Under the pieces are notes generated by a model. The model was not told the DNA's origin and did not search any database. It saw nothing but the letters and a program-made list of their open reading frames with translations. This document shows positions 17,845-29,800 of a DNA stretch of 54,054 nt, one piece after another; positions within the stretch are counted from its first letter, which is position 1, and each line of letters opens with the position of its first letter. The translations under genes and the position numbers were made by a program. The DNA lies in the IMG/VR virus record IMGVR_UViG_3300047300_000614, positions 1 through 54,054 of that record; one strand, written 5' to 3'. Origin of the DNA: a virus (Duplodnaviria > Caudoviricetes).

Positions 17845-20800
17845 TTATTTTTTACAACCTTTATCTTTGTTCTTTAATACTTCTCTTGCTTCCCGAGCTG
17901 CAGCTAATCTAGCATTCATTCGATTTGTGTCAGCAGATACAGTAGTGGTTCTTTCAGCAGTAACTGTTGGTACACCACTACTTAAAATTACTAACTTTTT
18001 ACGAGGTCTGCTAACTGCAGTGTACATCATTCTGTTTTGTTCTTCAGCACTACCTGGGAATGACATGATATCTGTTTCATGAACATACGTAACATCATAT
18101 GTACTACCTTGTACTCTATGTGAAGTAATTGCATATCCAAACTTAACATCAACCGCTGCTTCTTCAAATATAAAAGCTTCTCTATAAGCATTTTTTCTTT
18201 GAATACTACCAGCTGGTAATCTTTCAGCAATAGAATACTTCTGCTTAAGAATATTTCTGTACTCATCGTTTTGCTTTGGATCAACAGTATTAAAGGTAAC
18301 AACTTTCATAACTTCTTTAAAATCACGATCAATAGTTTTTATCTCCATACTTACTTGATATGCCTGTATACCATGTTCTTCTAGTAACTCAACTGATACT
18401 GGTTTAACAGCTGTAACTTTACCTCTAAGACCGTTTTCATATTCAACTTTTCTGTTTCTAGTATAGTTTCTATCAACGCGTAATACATCTCCAACAACAA
18501 AAGCTTCTGATGTATTAAATATCGCACGACGTATTAAGTTATTAAAGTTATCAACTACTTCTCTGCGAGCCGCTACTAAAACTACACCTTTAGTAAATGC
18601 TGGATCATTGTAATCTTTTGCAAAATCTTCAACCGCTTTTTTAAAGTTTGTTTCAAAAGCAACGCCTTCATTATCTGTTATCTTGTTAGTTCTATCCGTT
18701 AATGGGCTAAGGACACTTCCTGGTAATCCTTTTTGCATCTTCTCAACATTTTCAGCATATACATCTGTTACTGGAAGAATAGGACTCTCTGCTCCTTGAC
18801 GCATACGTTCTGTTAACTCAGAGAACCATTCAGTATCTTGTAATTGCCAAATAGGGGAATCTCCAGTTTTTTCTGCATTTATAGGAGGTATCTGAACATT
18901 GTCTCCCATGAAGATAACTTTAGCTTCAGGTAACATTCTTGATAATAGTTTCTCATATATGAAATCATCAATCATTGAAGCCTCATCAATAACGATAAGC
19001 TTTGCAGTTTCAACAGCATCTTGAAGACCTTTTGATTCAAACTCTGCTTGTTCTTGAGCTGTACGTTCTCTAAAGTATTCCTCTCCTTCTTTTGTATATG
19101 CTTGAACTAAACCTAATAAACTAGCAATACTAACTGTATTGTAATTAGTCATTGATAATTGTAGTACCTGTCTAGCTTCATGAGCAACTGTTGCACCAAT
19201 AACTTCCTTTGGTGAAATACCTGATTCAGATATCGCTTTATTGATAATAGTAGTTTTACCTGTACCACCACGACCTTTTAATAAGAACTGATTAGCTGCT
19301 TTGTTTTTCAAGAATCTATCAATATTATCAATAGCTTTCTTTTGTCCTTCATTAGCAAATACTCCTGGGAATAGTTCGTACTTATCTAAAGTTTGCTGAC
19401 CAGGGTTCTCTACAGCTCCACGATACTCAATAACTTTTAGTAAAGCCTCAATAGTAGCACGTGCTTCTATCTCAATCTTATCTTGACTCATTAGATCTCT
19501 ACCGTTAGCCCAATAGATAGATGCATCATCATTATCAATATGACTTTGCTCATGTAATACTAAAAATAAGTTAGCAAGCTTTGTTGTATTGATAATTTGC
19601 TTAAGTGCATCAAGACTGTATACAGGACTGATTGCTTCCATCTGTCTTAATACTTCTGCTTTTTGTACAGAAGACTTACCACCAACTTTACCGGTAAAGT
19701 AATCAAAGAACTCATCAACTGTTTTAACTGGATTGATAGTTATTGATTTACCATCAGTATGAGCTAAACGTTTACTACCATCACTGTTTGTAATAGATCT
19801 GTCAATAGTATAAGCTGGAATCTGAATACCGTTTTCTACTTTTGCAGCAACTACATTAGCAGTAACCTTTGTTGGTTGAACTAATTCAAACTCAATAGCA
19901 TATGGATATTGACCAACTAACTTATCAGTTACAGCTTTTTCCCATCCTTCTTTTTCCCAAGTTTCATCTTGATACTCTTGCGTAAATGGTGTAACCTTTG
20001 TGATTACAGTTTGTGCTGTTCTACCAGATTTATCAGTCATTGGGATTACTTTACCTACTAAATCTTCAATCTTAGTAAGACCGTAATCTTTCATCATTCT
20101 ATCGATATCTGTCTTAGCACGAGTAGTACGTGTACGATCACCAGATAAAACTAAATCCATTGTTGATTTACCTTCAAATTGAGGCTGCATCTTACGACCA
20201 TCCTGACCATCTTTAAAGTTTTGCTCAATAGGAGCTACTGTAGTTGTTGTAGTCTCAAATGGATCAGTACCTTCTTCTTCTGGTTTAAGTAAAGTATCTT
20301 CAACAAATGGTGCTAACTCATAAACATGGTATCTTATATTTAAAGGATTCTCTCTCATCCAAACAACAAGACGACCTTTTACTTGATCTTCAGTAACACC
20401 TTCTGTTCTTAATACTTCTTGCTTACCACCTGCTTCTTCAAGAGTTTTAAAACCTTTGTAAGTAACATATACCTTAACGCCGTTTATTGTAGCAACGCCA
20501 CGTTCGTTAAGACGCATTGCATCTGGATTACCGTAAGAGTGTATTCTTGTTTTTACTCCGGTAGCAATAAGCTCAGAAGCGTTATCAGTTGTACTAATAT
20601 CAAGACTAACTGGACGATTACCTGTTTTTTCTGCTTTGATATCTTCATCTTCTTCAAGTAATGCATTAACAACATTAGAGTTAACTCCTCTAAGGTTACC
20701 CATCTTATTACTTGCGTTAGACTGAATAACTGATTGCATGAATGGATCTTCAGATAACTCAGTTAAACGATACTTAAGACCTAGTGGATTAATTGGTACA

Positions 20801-23800
20801 TATCTAGAATAGATAACTCCTTTTACTACAACATCTTGTCCTGATTTCTTGTACAAGATTGTAGAGAAAATCTCATCACGTCTTCCGTTACGAATAAGTT
20901 CTGCTTGATCACGCTTATCTTTAACTGCAAGAACTGTACGCTTAATGTAGTCTAAGTTAACATCAGTAGAGTCAACAGATATTAATACGTTATCTGTTCC
21001 TTGCTCAAACTTGTAGAAACGAGGTGTTGGTACAACATTACTATCATGGGCCATGTTCTGGTGGAACTGTTCCCAGATAACTTCTGGATTGAAGTCAACG
21101 TTTTCGTTTGTATTGAATCGACCAAGGATGTTCTTTAATAGTACAGAGTATATCTCAACTGGTAAAAGAGGTGTAAAGTTATTGTAGTTCTTTTGGAAAC
21201 CAGTTTGTAAGATACTATAGATTGCTATCTGCTTTAAGAAGTCTGATAAGTCTTGGTTACCTGTGTTCTCAGCATATTGTAATAACTCTTTTGCTGAATC
21301 AACAATATCGTTTATATCTTCTGTACTTCTTAAGCTCTTGATGTTATCCGGTAAGGCTTCGTTTGGAGAAATAATTGGTACCAAGTTTTTGATAAACATA
21401 TTATTTCTGATCATTGAATCATCACTCTCTCTGTATGCACGTAGTTTCTTAGCCCAAGAATTATCTCCAAAGAACATCTTCTTGAAACGATTGATACGTA
21501 CATCTTTTCCGTTTGCATTTTTATATACCGTGTTTTGAATGATATAGTTAAACACAAAGTTTTGATACTTCTCAACTAAAGAATCGATATCATCAGTTGT
21601 CATAAATAAGTCTGACTCTAACTGACGCATTAATGGATCAAATACTTTATCTAGTCTACGATCAAGTAATGTAAAGAATGGTTCAAACATCTTGATGATA
21701 GACTCTTTCTGAGCTTTCATCTCACCAATGAATGTATTGTCTAACAAGTCTTGTGGATTAGCAATAAAGCCATCCTTAACAACTTTATTCCAACGTGATT
21801 GTTGAATCTTGTTAGTACGGATATTCTTTGACTTCTTATTATCGTATCCTTGAGCTCTGATGTAATCATTTAACTGATTACCTTGAACAGAATACTCTAA
21901 GTAGTCAGACATAATACCAATCTGAGACCAACCAAAATCAGCAAGATCTTTTTCTAAAGCAACTTCAGCTTCTTCATTATCAAGTCCTGAGCCATAAACC
22001 GCATACATTGTATACTGAAGTTCGGCTCCGGTTTTGATATTATCTTCTAACTCTTGTGTAGTAATTGTTGGCTGAAGAGTTTGTGCTTTTCTATAGATAG
22101 CTCCAAGGATTTTATCTAAAGATGCTATTAACATAAAGTTACCGGCTTCTTCAGCATCCTTGTAGATGTTCATTATATCTCCTTTGATTGGCTTTATCTC
22201 TAATTCTTTAAATACATCTTCATACTCTTTTGTTGATTGAATGTAGTTCAAGAACGGATTAGCCGCTTCAAGAGCAAGCATCTTATTGTATGCTTTGTAT
22301 CCTTTGATCTTTTTGAAGTAAGACTTGTTTGATGCTACTCCTTTAAAGTAAGTATCTAAGATAGGTTGATTAAAGAAGTAAGCAATATCATCAACGTCAA
22401 TACCTAAACGTTGCATATAGAACCACGTTGCTGCAGTATCCATAGTCAAGTTAAGGTCAAAAGTAAATGGATCTTTTGCAGCATCAACGAATCCAGATAA
22501 AGCTTCGTTAAACAAGTCTGAGATTAATGATCCGTTTTGAGTAACTGTTAATGATAATGATAACTCTTTGTTTGAATCATGATTTAATCTGATATTGATA
22601 GTCTTATCTTTTATACCTTTACCTACTAGATAATAAATACGCTCAGGGTTATATAGACCAGATAACTTTGTTCCAGCAATCTGTGACATGATATGAGATG
22701 TAATCTGTAATGCAGCAATACCAACAAGTTTCTTACCACTAACGAATCTGTGACGAATACGTGAGCTGGCAACAATACTTCTTAAGTTTGCATAACCTGC
22801 ATTTTCATCATCCTTCTTACCTTTTAATGTGTTGATCTTGTTTGCAAGACCTTTTAAAGTTGCTGTTGTGTTTGGTGTAATTAACTGAGCAAAGTTCTCA
22901 GGTAATAAAACCAAGTCATTCATAACCTCAATATAACGGTTCTGCAATGCTTTCTTAACTGCAGCTTGAACAATCTTCTCTCTACGTTCTTCAGCATTCT
23001 TAAGACCTTCTAACCAGCTAACAGCAATACTGTCTTCACCAAGCATTGAGCTAACCATAGCTAAGATCATACGTCCTTCTGGAGTCGATGCTTCTTTTGC
23101 TTTGAACTTCTCAATCTTTTCTAAGTCAGATGGAGATAGCAACTGTCCTTTATCATATAAGTCTTCGTAGTATGCTTTTGTTTTCTCAGCATTACCTTGC
23201 CACTTATATGCAACAATCTTATTACCTTGTTTGTAATGGTTAGCAAGATATACTTGCAACTTATCAATATCAAAGTCAGATCCTGATTTACCAGTAATCT
23301 CAGATGGTAATACAATCATATCACCCATCTCTTTTGGTAAGAATCCTTTTACCTTAATACTATCAATTGAGTTCATACCCTGAGTAGGAATACGGAAACC
23401 AATTGCTTTTAATAAAGTTGGATCAATCTCATAATCACCAGTCTGCAAGATGCCATTAACAAGCTTCATGTTACCAGAAGGAATCAAGTCTTCCATAAAC
23501 CAAGGTAAGTATACCTCCATTGATGTAGTCTTTGCATTCTTTCCAGTACCTTTCTTGTAGAAAGCTAAGTCACTAGATACCATTCTAACAGTTTTTTTCT
23601 CATCATCTGTTAGTTCATTTACTTTTGATGCAGCAATGTCTGTGTATACTCCATCTTTTAAGTAAACATATGATCTACCTTTTGTTTCAAACAATGTGTT
23701 TGCTACTTGAACTAAAGGTTTACCCGGCATCTTCTCAGAGATAACTCGTGAGTCAACAATAGCGTTTAAGATATTATCTATCTTCTCACGAGCAGTTGAT

Positions 23801-26800
23801 GAATCAAGTGTATACTCTAGTTCTTTAAATCCTTCTTCGTTTGTAATAGTATTAATAGCATCAACAACGTTATCTGGTAACTCACGTTGCTTTAACTCAT
23901 TACGTAATACACTAACAATCTTTGATAAGTCGGTTGCTTTGTAATTACCATTTGCTTGTTCAGTAAGACCTAACTCTTCAAGTAAAGACTTCTTACCAAT
24001 CTTTACCATCTCTGTCATGATTTGGTTGTACTCCTTAACAAGTTTCTCAGACTCTTTAGAAGTGTAAACACCTTTAACTCTAAAGTTAGACATGATCAAC
24101 TTAGATACCTGAGTACCACGAACTACTGCGTACTTAAACGTTGATGGTACTTCTTGTTGAATACCAAAGTAACGCATGATTAAAGTTTGAGCAGGGACAT
24201 CAGTAAATGATAACTTGCCATCTTTATCTCTTGTTACGTTAGCGTTTCCATCAGTATCGTAAATCTGAGTAAATCCACCTTTACTGTTTAATGTAGCACC
24301 AACTTTTTGACCAGATGTTAAATTGATTATATCATCTTGTGCTTCTTGAGATGCAATATAGATATCTTCAAAAGCAGTACCTTCAACAAAACGATAAAAC
24401 TTAGGTTGTGCAGAGTTCTTTAAAAACACTGTATGCATTAACTTGTTATCAATTGCATAACCAAAGTACTGTGGCTTGATTACGTTAAGGATACCACCTG
24501 GATTACCTTTTGCTAAAGTCTTTTTTGCTTGTTCTAAAACAGGCTTATCATATGTTTTATGAGCATTACTTGATGTTGGCTTTTTACTTCTTGCAACAAT
24601 CTCATAAGCCATCTCATATTCAATCTGAGCTTTTTGCTTACGTGTTAACTTCTTACTTAAGAATAACAAGTCACGATACATATCCGGCATGATCCATGCT
24701 TGACCATCGGCTTCGTTAATCTCTAAGTATTTAGCAATCTCACCAGTATAGCCACCTTTTTCATCAAAGATGAACCCAACAAACTTATTGTCTTTATCAA
24801 ATGTAACTCCTAACTTCTGAGATGCTTTTTCTGCATTCATACCATTAGCAATCATACCTGCATAAATAACCTCAGCATATTCTTTTGAACGTAATGCTGA
24901 TACAGTTATATCATCAAAGGTACGGTTCTTCATTGTAGCAACACGTTCTGAAGATCTAACTTTACGGTCAAGACGTGGCATGTTTTTATCCATCCATGTT
25001 CTTACAGTAATGTTATCTGTGATACCTTCTTTTGTTGAGTTGATACCATTTGAACGTTTTGGTAAGTCTTTGTATAATGCTGGGTGACCATACAAGATCT
25101 TATGTTGCTCAGTAATAGCAATCTCTTTGTTTACAAATAAGAATGTTGCTAAAGATGTCATCTGTGACTTAGTAATCTGATATGGATCAGATACACCAAG
25201 GTAAGTCTTTAAGAAGTCAGCATCTAAGCTTAAAGAAGCAAAAGTACCTGAGCTTTTTGAGTAAACAACAATGTCATGTTTGATTAACTCATCAATAGTA
25301 TCTCTAGCTCCTTGTTCAATATGTGCATTAAGTGCACGTGTAACGTTATTGCTATTAACAAAAACGTTCTTGTCTAGTGTGCCTGCAGCAATATCTGCAA
25401 CTCTCTTAACTAAATCCTTTCCAAGAATATCTCTGTAGTGACCAAGCTTTTTAACATCGTAAATACCATTCTTCTCATTTTGTGAATAATACTGAATATT
25501 AGCACTTTGCTTGTGCTCTTCAACAGCAGCATCAATCTCATCTAGTAATTGGTCTAAGTAGATTTGTTTTACTCCTTGTAAACCTGCACTACTTGTAATG
25601 TCTTCAATAGAGTAGAATGCTTTTGGTAATGAGATAGCAAACTCCGAAGACTTATCTGAGTTGATAACTGTATAGTAAACGTTTTGTGTCAAGTGATAAA
25701 TCTCTTGCATTAAACGATCTGGTTCAGTTAAATCTGCAGTAGTCTTACCTTCAATACCAGCAGTCATAACACCACTGATCAAGTTATACTGAAGCATGAA
25801 TGGTTTCATAACACCTTGTTCAATAGATGTTTCTGATTCTACCATTCGCTTATTACCTTTCTCATCAAATACTAATCCACCTGGCTTAAGTAATAAGCTT
25901 CGTTGTTGATATGGATGTAAGGTTACTTCACCAGTCTTTTCATTAACTGTACCAAACTGTGGATTACCAAGTACTAAATCTTTTAATGTTGCAGCACTGT
26001 TTATTGCATTAATAACATAACCTGCTGTTGATGGATTACTGATTGTATATTGTTGCTCACCATCAGCTGTTACATGTGACAATACATTCTCTTCAGATGT
26101 TGTTGCAATCTGTAGATTAAGTAATGCATTGATACTAGCATTAGCTCCTGTTCTGCTAAATAAAGTTTGGATACTAAAGATATCACCTTTTGAGATACCT
26201 GCTTTGATACCAGAGAATGCGTTAACAATAACTCTATACTGTTCAGTATTGAAATAAGTGTTTGTAAACTTAATACCAAGCATTGCTAAACGCTCAACTG
26301 CTTCCTCACCTTTCTCTTCAATTGTAGCACCAGCAGTAAGTCTTGCCATGAACTGCTTGTATGGTGTACTCATTGTATCAAATACAACATTACCAGAATC
26401 ATCAATACCTAATAACTCATCAGCAGTTTTTAATGATAACGGCTTAGCAGTTGTTGAAGCGTTTGCTGCCCACTGATCACGTAAACCGTAAGTAGTTGAC
26501 GTTAAGATTGAATCATCAGATATAATAACACCATCCTCACCATATACAGTACGGATAGGATTGTTCTGAATCTTAAGTAAGCTTTGTTCAAAACCAACTA
26601 ATAATTCGATATCATCAGCTGATAAGTTTTCAGTTGGATATGGTTTACCAAAAGCATCTTCATACTTAAGACGAACCTTTAAACGTTGAATCCACTCGTA
26701 TCCTTCTTTGTATGTTTTAATCTTAGACTTTGGAGATACTGGCTTAATCTTGAACTTAGCATCAAGACGTGTAAACATCTCATCAATTGCATTTACTACC

Positions 26801-29800
26801 TTACCATCTTTATATTGTTGAATAGAACCATTAAGTTCATTTAACAAGATAGCGTAAACTCTATCGTAGCTTAAAGATTTTGGTAGCTGTAATGGGTTAC
26901 GCTTAAAGTAGATCTCACCTTTCTTTACATTAAAGTAATCATCAGTTAAACCTGCAAGTAATAACTTGAAGTTAGTTGCTCCAAACTTACGTGGATCAAT
27001 ACTGATACTATCTTTAATACCAAGGTTATCTGTTTTCTTTAACTCATCTGCCCCTTCTTCAACACTTGAGTAATCGTTATCTGATTGCTTAAAGATTAAG
27101 CCATACTTGCTAACACGAGTCTTAAATAAATCATAGATCTCTTCTGTGTTTGCAAATGCAGCGTCAAGCTGATTATACAATCCTTTGTATTTATTAAGTA
27201 CCGATCTATTATCGTTTAATAACTTATTAAACACACCACTCTTTTCTAAATCAGTTAACTTGCGGTTAAGCTTCTGCTCAATTCTACTAACTGCTTCTGC
27301 TAAGAACTCATTCTTGTTTCCTCTTGTGTATGCCTCAGCATCTGCTAAAGATTGTTTAAACAAAGAAACAAGTAACTCATTTGTATCTGCTGTATCATCA
27401 AGTAAAGCATCAATGTTCTTCTTGTTCAAATACAAGTTTCTAAAGAAGAAAGATGTTATACCATCAAGGAAGTACTTTGTAAACTCTTGACTAGTTCCAG
27501 GGATTGCACGATATACTGTCTCTAAGTTATTAAGATCTCTTACAGGGACAGCATTAGCAAACTCACCTTCATTAATACTAACAAATACTTTATTAATCTT
27601 GCTTTCTAAATCATTGAACTCAAGTTCTTTTAAACCAAAGATTCCTCTAATAAAGTTAATCAACTCTTGGAAGAATGTCTTTTGTTGTTTAGGCATATTA
27701 ACCGGTAACTTACCAGTTAACATATAATCTCTAAACGCTTCTGCCAACATCTCACGTACATCGTACATGCTTGCTTCAGCATACGGTTTCGTTTCGTTTG
27801 TGAATGGATTATAGAAAGTACCGTCTTGCTTTATAAACTCTTGAGCTAATTCATCCTGCTGAGCTTTTGTTAAGTAACTATTCCATACTGATTCAAAAGC
27901 TTCGTGGAAACCTGTACCGATCTCTGCATTCTCATAGATATAGATTGCACCGTTCTTAAATGCTCCCCATGCTTTGTTCTCAATAAGATCAGCCATTTTA
28001 TGAATAGGTACTTGTGGTAAAGCACGCTTCATAAATACAGCTAACTTAAAAAAGTCTTCTGTCTGACGAACAGGTCCTAACTGAAGACGGAAAACCATCT
28101 CTTCTCCGGTAGCATCAATACCAGCTTCATTACTTGCATTAAGAATATCTCCTGCTGCTAAAAGAGCTTCAATATCTGAACTAACAACCGGAGTTGCTGG
28201 AGTATCTGCAACTGGAGTACTTGAAGCAGTTGAATCAATACTTTCAGCTGCAGTATTCTTTATTGTTAAACGCTTCTTTGTTGTAGTTGTGCCTTTTGCA
28301 TCACCATTATCTTTTACAGACTTCGCAGCTTCTTGAGCTTTATCTTCTTTGATTTTTTGTGGTGACTTATTTTTCTCAACTGTTGCTTTTGAATCCGTTA
28401 GATCTTGTTCTGTTGGAGCAAATGCTAAGAAACGACCAGCTCTTTGTACACCAGCAGCTTCAGAAGGATTTGAATCGTACGGACGTTCATTTGTAAATAA
28501 TACAGGAACTCTACCGTCAGCATTACTTAATAGATACTCATTATAGTTAGAGTAGTCTTTTATCTGAGGTACACCATTGACCATAGTAACCTCAGTAAAC
28601 TTATCTGTCTTTCTTACTAATGAGCTATTAACAGAATGATACTTACCAGTTAGCATACCAGGAAGTTCTTTCTTAATAGTTTTTGCATCAAACTTAATGC
28701 TATCAGCACCTCGGTATAATTTACCTTTGCTGATATACATCATTGTTGAAGGAACAGCAACACCTTCAACTGGACTTGCCCAGTGTAAAATACCTGATAA
28801 GTATTTCTTTATTGCAAGAAACTCAGTGTCTTCTTGAGCAGAACGTTTCTTATTACCTATTAATCCAGTAAAGTATGCTAATACATCAGTGATGTTTGCA
28901 ATCTCTGCTTCTGATAACTGACGATTGTATACACGGTGAATACGGTTTGTATTCTTACCAATAAGTACAATCGATCCTGGTCTTACGTTTTCTGCTTCAG
29001 GATCATCTTCAATAGTTACTACCTTTAAGAACATAGCCTCACCACTTGGATGATGCAAGTCTCTAAAATCAGTAGTATCCATATCAATAACAATACCTTG
29101 AAGATCTTGTTCTAAAGGTCTGTTGTTGCTATCTTTTTCTGCAAACTTCTTAACACCTTGACTGACACCTGTGATATCTAAAACCTGAGCTTTTCCCTTC
29201 TTTGTTTCGCTTTTTATCATTTCACGAAACTGTTGAAGCATCTCAACTTCTTTTACGATATCCTCATCGGTATATTCTTCTTCAACTGTATAGATCTCTC
29301 TAATATACTTAACAGCTGCTTCTGCATTTTTCTTTACAGACATATCAGCTGTAAGTGTCTTATTGCCCATTAAAGAAGTATAGACAATAGTATCTTTTGT
29401 TGGGTTCTCTAAAGGATTACCAGCAACATCAACATATACATAATTACCATCTGCAAGTTTCTTAACAACAACTAACTTGATGTCATCAGAAAACTTATCT
29501 TCACGTCTAATACCTAACTCATCATTGTCTGCAGTAATAGGCAATAGATAAAAATCATTGCCAAGTATCTGAACTCCTTCAGTAAACTTAAAGAAGATAT
29601 GGTTATTGTTTTCCGTATTTATAGTTTTGTCATCATCCAAGAAATGACTACCTGCTGTTTTAAGTAATCCATACTTTCTGTAAGAAGGCTTTTGTCCTTC
29701 TGTACCTGTTCTTGCATAGAATGACTCAGCATCATTATCAATAATACCGTCACCTTCTCCTTCAAGACCTTCCATCTCTGGATCAACCTCAACCTTTTTA

